Source: an uncultured Candidatus Saccharibacteria bacterium | Lineage (GTDB): Bacteria; Patescibacteriota; Saccharimonadia; Saccharimonadales; Saccharimonadaceae | Reading direction: 5' to 3' | NCBI GenBank assembly: GCA_948623715.1 | Contig: CAPHDI010000002.1 | Coordinates: 13,626 to 77,625, forward strand | DNA length: 64,000 nt | Part shown: piece by piece, positions 32,849-43,519 of the stretch | Numbering within the stretch: position 1 is the stretch's first letter | Layout: the number at the start of each line of letters is the position of its first letter | Notes under the pieces: model-generated | Seen by the model: the letters and a program-made list of their open reading frames with translations, nothing else | What the model was told of the DNA's origin: nothing | Databases searched by the model: none | Translations under genes and position numbers: made by a program

Positions 32849-34420
32849 TTACCCCGGCTGAGCCTCAGCTTCCCGACGCATCATCTCCATGAATCCTTCC
32901 GCTGTCGCATTCTGGTTCTCAGTCCGATACATTTCCCAGCGAACGCTGCAATGTTCCAGCACATCTTCCGTCGACACCGGTGTCCCGTCGCTCCTCGTGA
33001 GCGTATCGAGCCCCAGTTCCCAGACTCTACAGCCTCCGCCGAAGTACATCCCGTTTACCTGCAGCACACCCCATTCTTCCTCTGTTCGGTAAAAATACAG
33101 GTCATTCTGCTTCATCTCCAGCACGCCTTCCGCGATCACCGCCGGTCCATCGGAAGTCGGGAATGCTGACGTCTGCCACCAAGAGCCAATTGTCTGCGTC
33201 TCTGGGTCATACCCTACTGCCGTAAACGCCTCTCCCAGCTCCCATTCTCGATGAAATACCCCCGTGAGAATCGTCTCTGTGACGCCGTCAGCTCTCAGGG
33301 CGATAATCTCCTTCCCAGTGCTGACATATTGCGCGTCTGCTCGGCAGTCGTAGCGCCCCTCGTTTTCCAGCGGCATGATCAATTCCGCTTCCTGCTCCGC
33401 CTCGGTTCGGCATAGCCATGCCCCTGCTTCCTCACCGACATGATATTTCTCGACCATCGTCCGTGATAAGATATAGGTCCCTGTTGCGCCCCGCTTGATC
33501 TCGATAATGTCTGGCCGCGCGATCAGCATCACCTGCACCGATCTTGGCAAATCCACGTATTGATATACCTCAGCAGTCTGCAGCTTATAGTCCTTCCCAT
33601 CATAGTTCTTGACTACCATTTCTGCCCGCTCTTCCTGTGACACCGCCATCGTATCCCACCATGGCTCTGCATCATAGCCATCATAAGCTAAGCCTTCGGG
33701 ATCATCCTCCGTACTATAGAGCGGCACATAATATCGATAGATCAGATGTCCGTCTTCGCCCGACAGTGTTACCGTCGTACTATAGTCATCCGAGCGCAAG
33801 GGGTATTCTCCGTCCCAGACCCCCTCATGATAGAGCTGGACGACGTTTCTTGGGCTGAGGTCATAAGTTTTCTCATCCACCGGGCAGACCTGTACGCCAT
33901 TGATCGTCAGCCATCCCACCGTCGACGCTTCCAGATTCTCGTATCGCCCGCTATGCAGGCTCTGTTCCGGTAACACCCCGAAGCAATACCGGTAATCCTG
34001 CGACCAGAGGATGAATCCGCCCGCCCCCATATAGTTTGACGCATTGATCCACCGCTCCGTATGCTCAAGGTAATCCCTAATTACCCCTTCCGCCGTCCAC
34101 TTCGCCTCCGGATAGACCGCCTCCGGGAAGTTCTCCCGGCAGTACTCCCTCAGCTCCGCATCCGACATTACCGGCATCATCTGGTAGAACATTTTCAGGT
34201 GCTGCGTCTCCTCGGTTAAGGTCTCCACCGAAGGTGTGTCATTCTCATCCAGATGATCCCGCGTACTGAGATAAAACTGCATCCCCCAGCACACAAACAG
34301 CATCACTATCAGAGCTACAAACCACCCTCGCAGATATTTCGCTTCTGGGTCTTTATTCTTCGGCCGCTTCTCTTCTGTAGTTTCCGACATTTTACATCCC
34401 CTCCTGTTTTTCTGTCGCAA
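32849..34420 (-). CDS. Hypothetical membrane-anchored protein (stand-alone unit)
   Basis: About 512-523 aa with one N-terminal TM. Own promoter (about 34524-34552) and terminator (about 32782-32809). Confidence 0.7.
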   Translation of the reverse strand: MRQKNRRGCKMSETTEEKRPKNKDPEAKYLRGWFVALIVMLFVCWGMQFYLSTRDHLDENDTPSVETLTEETQHLKMFYQMMPVMSDAELREYCRENFPEAVYPEAKWTAEGVIRDYLEHTERWINASNYMGAGGFILWSQDYRYCFGVLPEQSLHSGRYENLEASTVGWLTINGVQVCPVDEKTYDLSPRNVVQLYHEGVWDGEYPLRSDDYSTTVTLSGEDGHLIYRYYVPLYSTEDDPEGLAYDGYDAEPWWDTMAVSQEERAEMVVKNYDGKDYKLQTAEVYQYVDLPRSVQVMLIARPDIIEIKRGATGTYILSRTMVEKYHVGEEAGAWLCRTEAEQEAELIMPLENEGRYDCRADAQYVSTGKEIIALRADGVTETILTGVFHREWELGEAFTAVGYDPETQTIGSWWQTSAFPTSDGPAVIAEGVLEMKQNDLYFYRTEEEWGVLQVNGMYFGGGCRVWELGLDTLTRSDGTPVSTEDVLEHCSVRWEMYRTENQNATAEGFMEMMRREAEAQPG

Positions 34421-34650
34421 GTTTTCACGCTTCTGTCTCTTGGTTTTCTTTGATCCCCCTTCATTTTTTCTACGGGTTAAAGTGCTAACTTTCTCCTACC
34501 CCGCCCTCGGTAGAGTCAAATTCTAGTGTAGATTCATTTTCTTTAAAAGTCAAGCGCTAGGTCTTTCCCGACACCCCTATCCACGCTCCGCCAAAGGTGC
34601 TAAGCTTTTCACTTAGCACCCTCATTTCCCGTCAATTTATTCAAAATTAT

Positions 34651-35607
34651 TCAATTTTCTACCTTTTCCAGCCGCTCAAATATATAATTCCCCGCTTCAT
34701 TCCGCTTAAATACCCACCGATATTCATCAAAATCCTCCTTATGCTTCGAAAATTCTTCCATATCCAGCCGCCCATCTTCACCTACATAATCTATAATATA
34801 CTCTTCCTTACAGACTAGCGCATCATCCTCCCGCTTCGTCATCTCCGCCTCTAGTGGCCCCGCTATATAATGCTGCACATCATCCACCGAGTAACAATAC
34901 TCGAATTTCCCCACCGTATCATACAGATACAGTCTCTCATCATCCTTCTTCGCCCCATTCAGTGCATGCACTATTACCGGCCCCGCCCCGCCTCCTGGCA
35001 GCAAATCCCAGTAAAACTCATCATTTTCCGCATCATATCTATAGAATGGCTGCCCGCCCGCCGTAAATGACCCCGTCCTCATCCCGTCTTCTAGCTCTGC
35101 TTCCACCCCGAATAAGTTCTGTACCATTTCGCGTACTTCCGCTCCATCGTAGCACTCCTGCGATTCCTCTAGTAGCTTTTCCATCCCAAACATATCAATA
35201 TAGGCTTCCCCATATCGCTCTCGCAGCAATTCCTCCGTCGCCAACCTTTTGCACGCTCGCGGCTCCGTATTTAGCCGCGCCAGCGACACCCGTATATAGT
35301 CTGTATTCCCCGCTAAAACCTCTTCGTCCGTATAAAGCTGCCCATTCGCCTTGCTAAACGCCTCATATAGCCTCTGGACTTCCGGATCATCTATCGCCAC
35401 TTCTGTCAATTCGCCTTCCGGTATTACTTCCGGTTTTTCCGCCCCCTCCGATGTTTCTGGCTTTGGGTCCGTGACCTCTTCGTTAGCTCTGCTCACCATC
35501 ATCACTGCCGCCGCAATCGCCACCCCCAGTATCACCGCCGTCGCCACTATCGCCAGCGCTGTAATTCCCTTCGCTCGCTTTTTATGTTTCTTCAATCCCT
35601 CACTCAT
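34651..35607 (-). CDS. Membrane-anchored hypothetical protein, paralog of 35611-36792
   Basis: Shares EVxIDDPEVQxLY and C-terminal WxFxxNxxGNYxFxxLEKVE with its neighbour. Confidence 0.8.
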   Translation of the reverse strand: MSEGLKKHKKRAKGITALAIVATAVILGVAIAAAVMMVSRANEEVTDPKPETSEGAEKPEVIPEGELTEVAIDDPEVQRLYEAFSKANGQLYTDEEVLAGNTDYIRVSLARLNTEPRACKRLATEELLRERYGEAYIDMFGMEKLLEESQECYDGAEVREMVQNLFGVEAELEDGMRTGSFTAGGQPFYRYDAENDEFYWDLLPGGGAGPVIVHALNGAKKDDERLYLYDTVGKFEYCYSVDDVQHYIAGPLEAEMTKREDDALVCKEEYIIDYVGEDGRLDMEEFSKHKEDFDEYRWVFKRNEAGNYIFERLEKVEN

Positions 35608-35610
35608 CTT

Positions 35611-36792
35611 CTATCTCTCTACCTTCTCTAGCCCCGTAAACACATAATTCCCCTCTGCATTTTTCGTAAATGTCCACTTAAACTGATCTAGTTGATCCTC
35701 ATAGTCCGCTGGATCCACCCCCTTAATCATGACGCCGTTCTCATCCAGTTCCATCTCCGCAATCAAATCCCCATTCACGTGATTCAATGTCTGACAAGTC
35801 CCGCCATAGACCGTCTCGTAGATATAAAGATGCTCACTATCTCGCTCCGCCCCCTTCAGTTCTCGCCCCAGCGCATACAAACAGCTTCCTCCGCATCCCA
35901 GATTCGGGCTATAGAACTCATCACTCGCGCTATCATATTTCCACGCCCCGCAGTAATCCCCCGTCGTGTCACCATCTTCTAGCTTAATTTCCTTCCCAAA
36001 TATTTCCTGGATCATCTCTCGCGCCTCATCACCCCTGCGACATCCGAACACTTCGCCCACCTCGAAAGATTCCGACCCACTCTCAATATAATGCTCCGTC
36101 TTGCACTTATCACCCTTCTCTGCCGAATTTCCCAGCGCAATGTCCAGCATCATCGTCTTACTAACATTACCCTTACGCACCCCCTCATCCGTATAAAAAT
36201 CTAGCGTACTTGAATATGCCTGCCCAATATGCCTTAGGTTTCGGTACAACTCCTGCACTTCCGGATCGTCAATCGTCACCTCTATCAATTCATTCTTCGG
36301 CTCTTCTGACAGATCTGGTTTCTCCTCTGGATCCTTCTTTTCTTCCTCCGACACCCCTGGCTCCACCGGCTTATTCACCCCTTTATCATCATGCTTGCTA
36401 CTCATCATCAGCACAAATCCTAGCCCCGCCAGACATAACACTATCGCCACCACGATAATCGACACTAACGTCTTCCGATTTTTAGCGCTTATACTCTGCA
36501 CTCTCTGATTTGCTCGCGCCGTTTCACTTCTGAGTAATTCTCGCGCATCATCTTCACTAATTAGCGGTTTTTTCACTCCATCCGACGCCACGCCATACTT
36601 CTCTTCACCTGTCGCCCTTTGCTCCAGCGTCTCCTCGATCTTCGCCCCACCCGCCGCTTCGTTCTCTATCTCATCGACATTCGCCTCCAGATTCTGGAAG
36701 AATTTCTCATCTTGTGCCGTATTCTTCGCTTTCTCCGCCTCCAATCTGGTCCCAGTCGGAATTTCATACTGCTTATTCTTATTTTCCATCAT
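35611..36792 (-). CDS. Membrane-anchored hypothetical protein, paralog of 34651-35607
   Basis: Same motifs as the neighbour; Cys-rich extracellular part. Confidence 0.8.
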   Translation of the reverse strand: MMENKNKQYEIPTGTRLEAEKAKNTAQDEKFFQNLEANVDEIENEAAGGAKIEETLEQRATGEEKYGVASDGVKKPLISEDDARELLRSETARANQRVQSISAKNRKTLVSIIVVAIVLCLAGLGFVLMMSSKHDDKGVNKPVEPGVSEEEKKDPEEKPDLSEEPKNELIEVTIDDPEVQELYRNLRHIGQAYSSTLDFYTDEGVRKGNVSKTMMLDIALGNSAEKGDKCKTEHYIESGSESFEVGEVFGCRRGDEAREMIQEIFGKEIKLEDGDTTGDYCGAWKYDSASDEFYSPNLGCGGSCLYALGRELKGAERDSEHLYIYETVYGGTCQTLNHVNGDLIAEMELDENGVMIKGVDPADYEDQLDQFKWTFTKNAEGNYVFTGLEKVER

Positions 36793-36845
36793 GGCTCCTT
36801 ATCTTACCTTAAATATTATCATTTTTTTATTTTCTTTTCACTATA

Positions 36846-38162
36846 CTAATTCACTCGATAATACCAAAATCCCCGACCAGCACCAGCCCAGACCCAGTTT
36901 TCTTCTTGACTCAGTTCGGTAATTTCTCCCATTTTTACGTCATAAACCAACGTTTTAAATTCCATACACGTTTGCCCGCTACACCCTCTCGCCACGCCAA
37001 ATAACAACTTCTCTCCATCGTTATAATCATTATACGGACTTGCCGCCCCGGAATACGCTAGCTGTATGGCATCTGCTTTCTCTTCGCCCAAACCATACAC
37101 TACTTCATCATCAATCATGAGCTGGTTCAATACTAAATCAACCGTAATTTTATGCCCCCTCAGGTAATACTCTTGCGCATTGCTTCGAGCAGCTGTCGAC
37201 TCTAGCCCCAGGTATTTTTTCTTTAACTCGCCCCAAGTTAATTCCTCTATCTGATTCAACTCATCGTCGAGTACTCCACAACGCAAATCATCACTCCACC
37301 CATCACTAGCACCAACCCAATATAACAAATCATACTCATTACTATAAGCTAGCATAACCCCTTCAGCATCTGCAAAATCCCCATCCAAGCATTTCGAATC
37401 ACCTGCCGAAAAATCATACCTACGATATCGTTCTGCATCAATTTTCTCTTCAGTGCCAAAAACCGAAACAAACCTATAAAAAACTGCATCTCGAGTCACT
37501 GTATAGTCCCAATATCCCGCAATCTCCGGAGTCGGTAATCTCAGCACCTCCACTCTCGAATTTGCCACATCTCTAACCTTAGCACACTCCAGAATATTCT
37601 CGTTTATTTGAAAATTTTTCCCAAACTCACCCTCCACGTACTCACCAATAGGATAACTCCAACAGACCTGATTGCCTACTACTGGTTCAATACTTACATT
37701 ACCATAATCATATTGCGCAATCATAACGTCATCATTATTCTTATGTAGCTCTATGAAATTACACTTACGATCATAAGAATCCCTCTCGTCACACACAACC
37801 GTATAGCCATAGACGTCACTAGTTTCGATCTCCTTATCATGCGTCGCCTCATCTTCTTCCGGCGTCGTCACTGTATCATCTTTTACCATACCCCCACCTT
37901 CCTTATTGCCGCTTATCAACAAAAAAGCCACTAACCCTCCGACCAGCACCACAGTCATAATCGCAATAGCTAAAACTACCTTGAGCCCACCATTTTTCGT
38001 TTTATTACCATCTTCAGGCGTTTCTAGAGTCTTTCCATCACCATCGCTATTGAACCCTGCCTCAGCATTAGGCTCACTCCCTGCACCTTCTCTGTGTCCA
38101 GCAGCACCATCGCCCTCTGACCAATACGCTTTCTCGCCATATTTTTCTGTCTTCTCAGCCAT
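36846..38162 (-). CDS. Membrane-anchored hypothetical protein
   Basis: 438 aa with a single TM after a low-complexity N-terminus. Starts 2 nt after the ATPase stop. Confidence 0.75.
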   Translation of the reverse strand: MAEKTEKYGEKAYWSEGDGAAGHREGAGSEPNAEAGFNSDGDGKTLETPEDGNKTKNGGLKVVLAIAIMTVVLVGGLVAFLLISGNKEGGGMVKDDTVTTPEEDEATHDKEIETSDVYGYTVVCDERDSYDRKCNFIELHKNNDDVMIAQYDYGNVSIEPVVGNQVCWSYPIGEYVEGEFGKNFQINENILECAKVRDVANSRVEVLRLPTPEIAGYWDYTVTRDAVFYRFVSVFGTEEKIDAERYRRYDFSAGDSKCLDGDFADAEGVMLAYSNEYDLLYWVGASDGWSDDLRCGVLDDELNQIEELTWGELKKKYLGLESTAARSNAQEYYLRGHKITVDLVLNQLMIDDEVVYGLGEEKADAIQLAYSGAASPYNDYNDGEKLLFGVARGCSGQTCMEFKTLVYDVKMGEITELSQEENWVWAGAGRGFWYYRVN

Positions 38163-38164
38163 TC

Positions 38165-41047
38165 TTATCCCCTTACCTTAAATATTACTTCATTTTTCTC
38201 ATTTTCTTGTTTAAGGCCATTTCCTGGCGATTCTGCGACTTTTTCGTCCATTCCGCTTATACTATCGTCTTTAGTCATAGAAGCCCCTTCTCGGCCTTCT
38301 CCTGCGCTCACAGGCCCATTTCCGCTCATGCTTGTAGCCTTTTCCGCACTATTTCCATTTATGCTTGTCGTCTTCAATCCGCTTCCGCTTGAAACTCCAG
38401 CCTCAGCCTTTCCGCTACCGCTTGTTGTACTTAATCCACTTCCGCTTGAAGCTACCATTTTTTCGTCCCCATCCGAAGCCCCTAGTGTTGCTTTCTTCGC
38501 CTTCCATCCCTCTAAGAAGCTCTTTTTCTCTTCCTCTTTTTGCTCCGCCGCTCCTGCCCCTGTTACTCCCGCCGCATCCTGCTTCGCTGCCTCCGCCGCA
38601 CTTACCCATCGTTCCTTGATCTCCGCCTCGACTTCCGCCCGTGTCTTCGCATATTTTGTCGCCGAATACACCTTCATCGTCTCTAGCAGCTGCGGATTCG
38701 CCTCCCCCATCGGCGGCAATAAGCTCATTGTAAACGGCGCACTTGGCAGATTATACATCATCACTGTCGCAATCGCCTGATAATTTCCCTGTTTATGCAG
38801 ATCTTCCGCGTTAAACACCGGCGAAAACGCCTTCTCCATCAATTCCGCATCCGTCACGCCCACGCGCCCACATAGGATCGTTCCGCAGTTACCGAGGATC
38901 GCTTCCCTAATTTTATCTGTCAGCTGCGTCATAAACTGGTTCGCCAGCAGCAGATTCAACCGATACTTCCTCGCCTCTGATAAGATACTCTCGAAACTCT
39001 CCGTCGCAAAATTCTGGAACTCATCCACAAACAGACAGAAATCTTTCCGCTCATCCTCGGGGATATCCGCCCGGCTCATTGCCGCCTGTTGGAATTTCAT
39101 CACTAAAATCATACCAAGCAGATTCGAGTTAATATCACCTAGCTTACCTTTTGACAAGTTCACTAAGAATATTTTCTTCTTGTCCATAATTTCACGGATA
39201 TTAAAACCGCTTTTGGTTTGCCCCAAGATATTCCGCATCGTCGTATTGCTCAGGAACGGCCCCCATTTCGACGCAAACCACGTGATCACCTCCCCCGCAT
39301 CGTTCGATTTCTGTGACGCCGGAAACTCCTTTGTCCAGTAGTCGTACACCGCCTTATCTGTGACATATTTCAGCTTCGACTTTACGAATTGCGGATCCGT
39401 AAAGCACTGTGGTATATCGATAAAAGTCGCTCCCTTCGGGTCTGACATCAGTAATAACGCCGCATTTCGGAACATATGCTGCCCTCGCGGCCCGAAAAAC
39501 CCCTGATTCGACGGGTCGAATAAGCTCTGTAGCATCGAAATCCCCTCCTGCACGATGAAATCTTTCTGGTCCTCACTCGTCCATTCAAACATATTCATCC
39601 CAATCGGATGTTCTATATCTGACGGGTCGAAGTACACTACATCATCAATCCGCTCCTCCGGCACCTTCGATAGCAATAGCTCCGCCGCATCCCCGTGCGG
39701 ATCGATAAATGCGAATCCCCGCCCTTCCATCATGTCTTGATATGCGATATTCGTGAGAAGCACCGACTTACCCATACCAGTAGCACCGATTACATAAGTA
39801 TGGCGTCGCCGATCATTATCTGAGAGCCGTATCTCCTTCTTCTCTCCTCTATACTCATTCACCCCCAGGATCACCCCTTCATGCACTAATTTTGCCGGTC
39901 CTTCAACCTGCTTCGTTGCTTGCCGCTCTACTTGCGATGTTGGAATCGCATTCTGCGCTGGCAAATGAAAAATTGAGGCCAATTCCACACTGTTCAAAAT
40001 ATTTGTACAGTTTTTCTTCGGGAAAAACCGAAATATATAGTCTACGGTTAACTTTTTTGCACTTTTTGTCGCATCATACTGAAAACTATTATAATTCTGC
40101 GAACTAAACTGCGAAAATGATGCCACTACGCCACTCAGCATTGCCTCAGAGCGCCCTTTATCCGCTGAGCTTGCTATCACCCTAATCAACGTCTCAAAGC
40201 CCGGAGACTTCGTTTTTTTCTCGATTGCGGCGATTTCTTCCTGTTTTAAATTCGATAATTCTTCTTTTTTCTCCTCACCCTTCTCATGCACCTCTGGCGG
40301 TGTCCAGAATGCCTTTGCTAAATCCTGCAGAAACAATGATAGACCGTATAAAATATTTGTACTACTTTTACGATTTTTACGACCTTTTCGTATATTTTGT
40401 ACTCGCTCTTCCGAAATTTTTGTCCAAGACCCATCCGTCGGCCGAAGCAAAATCTGCAACGCCAGCCCCTCGTCCTGCTTTGTTACCGACATCGCATTCA
40501 GTAGCGCTAAGCTTGCATCCCGCTGCGTATCTTCATAAGTACTAATCGGGTATACATAGTCTTTCTTCAGCGACAACTCTCCGCCCGCCACCTGATCTGT
40601 TGTCACGTTTTTCGAAAAAATACTCTCCGGCTCGATCTCCTCTAGCCTCGCCGATGGATACGCCGAAATAATCCCCTGCTTCACCGTCTCCGTCAACACC
40701 GCCGGTACTAGCGTATAATACCGAATCATCCCATTTGACGCCACAATTTCAAACGACATATGCCGCTGCCCAAACACCCTACTATCGAAGCCTTTTTTCA
40801 ACGTTGAGGCAATAATCGAATACATCACCTGCGCCTGACTCAGCGCCTCATTCGTCACATCGCGCTCATCCCGTCCCCCACCCTGAATATCATCCGTCGA
40901 TGGCGGCAAATGTATCAACATCGGCACCAATTTCAAACTCCGCTCGTAGTCCTTCGCTTTCCGCTGCTTCGCAAGACGCACCGCCACCGCTATCGCCGCG
41001 ACGATTACCACTACAACTACAATAATCACATACGTCAGCCAACCCAT
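38165..41047 (-). CDS. VirD4/TraD-like (type IV secretion coupling, HerA/FtsK superfamily) ATPase
   Basis: DRRRHTYVIGATGMGKS (Walker A), FIDPHGD, LFVDEFQNF (Walker B) and ILSEARKYRL; N-terminal TM. Confidence 0.88.
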   Translation of the reverse strand: MGWLTYVIIVVVVVIVAAIAVAVRLAKQRKAKDYERSLKLVPMLIHLPPSTDDIQGGGRDERDVTNEALSQAQVMYSIIASTLKKGFDSRVFGQRHMSFEIVASNGMIRYYTLVPAVLTETVKQGIISAYPSARLEEIEPESIFSKNVTTDQVAGGELSLKKDYVYPISTYEDTQRDASLALLNAMSVTKQDEGLALQILLRPTDGSWTKISEERVQNIRKGRKNRKSSTNILYGLSLFLQDLAKAFWTPPEVHEKGEEKKEELSNLKQEEIAAIEKKTKSPGFETLIRVIASSADKGRSEAMLSGVVASFSQFSSQNYNSFQYDATKSAKKLTVDYIFRFFPKKNCTNILNSVELASIFHLPAQNAIPTSQVERQATKQVEGPAKLVHEGVILGVNEYRGEKKEIRLSDNDRRRHTYVIGATGMGKSVLLTNIAYQDMMEGRGFAFIDPHGDAAELLLSKVPEERIDDVVYFDPSDIEHPIGMNMFEWTSEDQKDFIVQEGISMLQSLFDPSNQGFFGPRGQHMFRNAALLLMSDPKGATFIDIPQCFTDPQFVKSKLKYVTDKAVYDYWTKEFPASQKSNDAGEVITWFASKWGPFLSNTTMRNILGQTKSGFNIREIMDKKKIFLVNLSKGKLGDINSNLLGMILVMKFQQAAMSRADIPEDERKDFCLFVDEFQNFATESFESILSEARKYRLNLLLANQFMTQLTDKIREAILGNCGTILCGRVGVTDAELMEKAFSPVFNAEDLHKQGNYQAIATVMMYNLPSAPFTMSLLPPMGEANPQLLETMKVYSATKYAKTRAEVEAEIKERWVSAAEAAKQDAAGVTGAGAAEQKEEEKKSFLEGWKAKKATLGASDGDEKMVASSGSGLSTTSGSGKAEAGVSSGSGLKTTSINGNSAEKATSMSGNGPVSAGEGREGASMTKDDSISGMDEKVAESPGNGLKQENEKNEVIFKVRG

Positions 41048-41110
41048 CAGTTTCTACCCTGTTTTTCTATTTTTCGTCCACTTCTCAGTCGCATTTCCTT
41101 GCATCGCCCC

Positions 41111-41698
41111 CTAGTTTCTACTCTTAAAAATCCGATTAAACACGTCTTTCAGAAACACGATCCGCGCCTTATTCGTCATCTCCTCCAGCTGCGCCGGGTG
41201 ATAGTTATTATCTGCGATCATCTTATCTACCCTCGCCACCGTCTCGCCCGTAATCCGCTTATTGTTGCGCTCCATAATATTCTGCGCATACGGGCTAAAG
41301 CCCTCCTCATTCGCTAGATCCTCCGCGTCCTCAGCCATCCTCTCTTCTGCCTGACGTTTCGATTCCGCCCCCGCCAATACCGGATTTTCTAAGACCTGTT
41401 CACCATAATTCTCTACCGCCGCCATCTGCCGTACCAGCGTATTGCTCTGCTCCACTCGCTGCTCCGCCGGCATCACTGCTTGATCTGGATTGTAAGTCAA
41501 CACCTGACCCACCCCCGGCACACTCGCCTCAGGATTATACGTTAGCACTTTGCTACCAAGAGTGCCAGCCTGCCCCCGGTCCAGTTCTCTCTGTTGTTCT
41601 TTTTCCAAGTCTTCCACAGCAATATTCGTCGCACGATCAATCTCCTCCGTCATTTCACGGGCCGATTGTTTTCCCTGCTCCCATTCATTGCCATTCAT
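41111..41698 (-). CDS. Hypothetical protein
   Basis: 195-aa ORF on the dominant coding strand; internal VLTYNP duplication. Confidence 0.7.
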   Translation of the reverse strand: MNGNEWEQGKQSAREMTEEIDRATNIAVEDLEKEQQRELDRGQAGTLGSKVLTYNPEASVPGVGQVLTYNPDQAVMPAEQRVEQSNTLVRQMAAVENYGEQVLENPVLAGAESKRQAEERMAEDAEDLANEEGFSPYAQNIMERNNKRITGETVARVDKMIADNNYHPAQLEEMTNKARIVFLKDVFNRIFKSRN

Positions 41699-41836
41699 AC
41701 CCTTATCATATCATATTTATCATAAGCTTTAAAGATTTTTGTACACAATTTTTAATCATTTCCACTTTCATCGTACCCCACCATATACCCCATCTATTTT
41801 AGCCGTCCACATCGCATGGATCCGCTATCGCCCCGT

Positions 41837-42181
41837 CTACCGCGTCTTACTTACCATGAAGCACACCAAAAATATCACCAAAACCACCAACGCCACCGTT
41901 AACGGCGTCAATGTCCCGAGCGATTGCACTAAAAGCAGCATAATTGGCGCAAACGCAATAATCGCCGCATAGAGATAACCTCGATTCCCCATTTGCTTCC
42001 CGATCAGCTTCCGAAACAGTTTTACAATCGCCACCGAAATCCCCAACATCAGTAAATAACATGCTGTAAAAAATACTAAAACCCCGAACGGACCAACGCC
42101 CGCCGGGGTAGTAAAATTCACCATCAACAACAACACAATTGCAGCAAATAAACTCAGTACCGGAATCAAATGTTTAGGCAT
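41837..42181 (-). CDS. Small four-TM membrane protein
   Basis: Hydrophobic ORF. The ATG at 42181 lies 6 nt after TATAAT. Confidence 0.75.
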   Translation of the reverse strand: MPKHLIPVLSLFAAIVLLLMVNFTTPAGVGPFGVLVFFTACYLLMLGISVAIVKLFRKLIGKQMGNRGYLYAAIIAFAPIMLLLVQSLGTLTPLTVALVVLVIFLVCFMVSKTR

Positions 42182-42374
42182 ATCTTCATTATAACACAGG
42201 ATTTTCAACCACTATCGGCATTATCAGTAATCTCAGCAATGGTTTATACAAGCATAACTATGATCTGCTCATACAACTTTAAGAATTTTCAGACATTTCA
42301 CTCAAGCTTAAAGCCAGACTTAGACAAATATTCACACCTCTGATTCAAAACAAGAATTTTACTTTTACAAGTAT

Positions 42375-42938
42375 AACAGCTTTCCGTACATCGTGGCACT
42401 TCCAGCTATTTTGATTCCCTCTCTGACGGATACATCTCCGTACTCTGCTCGAGAAAATCCGGGAGAAGATGGGGCGAGTTATCTGGCATTTACAAACATT
42501 GTTACTTTAGGCCACAACTGCTCCCATCTCCTTATTGACCGCTCCACGATAGCCGTGGAACATCCTGGTTGCTTCCTCTAATCTCTTCATTATTTTCAAG
42601 GTACTAACAGATTAGATTCCGCTAAACTCTTAGGATCCCGCCACCAAGCGACCCGATATAAAGATTGTTTGCTTCCGAAAAAGCTACAATCTCTACATCT
42701 AGATCAGCTAGCAATACGGTTCCCTCACGGTTTCTGCATCCCTGCTTCCGGAATCGGAAGTTTTAGACCAAAGTCTTACAGCTCCCCGCTAGGTCGATCC
42801 GCAAGCTTATGGTAACTCCTAGAAAGTGTAATTTATGGCTAGAAATTACCATTTCGCCCGCGGAGGCAACCAGTAGTTTAATTATTTAGGTTTATTAAGT
42901 TGCATTTTTGTTTGTCCTGTTTGTTGTTTGGTTGGACT
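42375..42938 (-). ncRNA. Candidate large structured non-coding RNA (about 550 nt), family unassigned
   Basis: No credible ORF, many nested inverted repeats, and an upstream TTGAAA-N17-TAATAT promoter (42973-42945). Confidence 0.5.
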
Positions 42939-43282
42939 GTCTTCATATTAGCATGCTTATGCTAATATTTCAATACTTTTTCGCGAAAAAATGTTGTATT
43001 CTTTACAACACTACTCATTCTACCTCTGTAAATTCATTCAAATTCTATGTTGTAAAATATACAACATGTCAACACTGCACACATTGCGCTTGCGCTGCCT
43101 TTATTGTTAAAAATACACGCCATCCCCTATTATTGTTGTTATCTTCACGACAAAAGTCTCTTTACGAGACCATTCTTCCCTTTGCATACCTATTTTAACT
43201 GTAACCAACTTGTTCTAATACGAACATAGCATACACCTACACGCGTCATAGATCCTATCAAACCATACTGAATATCAAACTC

Positions 43283-43390
43283 AAAAAAAAGACCGGTAAC
43301 TGCGAGGAAAACCGGTCTTTGTAGAGTGTGGAGTTATTTTGGCTATTTTTGTGTTTGGCTTCCTGAATAAATTTTGTATTCAGAAGCTAT
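43283..43390 (-). ncRNA. Orphan sRNA candidate B
   Basis: TTGACG-N17-TATTAT (43423-43395), a 5' hairpin, a C/A-rich linker and terminator aaagaccggt...accggtc-tttttttt. Confidence 0.55.
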
Positions 43391-43519
43391 CTCTATAATA
43401 TCGCGAAAAAGCGCTTACGTCAACACATTTTTGTACAAAATTTTTATAATTTTTGAGCAAGTTTTCCACAGGCCCGCAGACAACAAAAAACGCCACTTTT
43501 GGCGATTTTATTACATTCT

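Noticed and set aside
38165..41047. Conjugative element or prophage
   Set aside because: No relaxase, VirB4 cluster, integrase or phage structural genes in the window; the ATPase sits among chromosomal genes.
42960..43480. Replication origin
   Set aside because: AT-rich, but I found only an isolated imperfect DnaA-box-like sequence, no dnaA or dnaN nearby, and no switch in strand bias.
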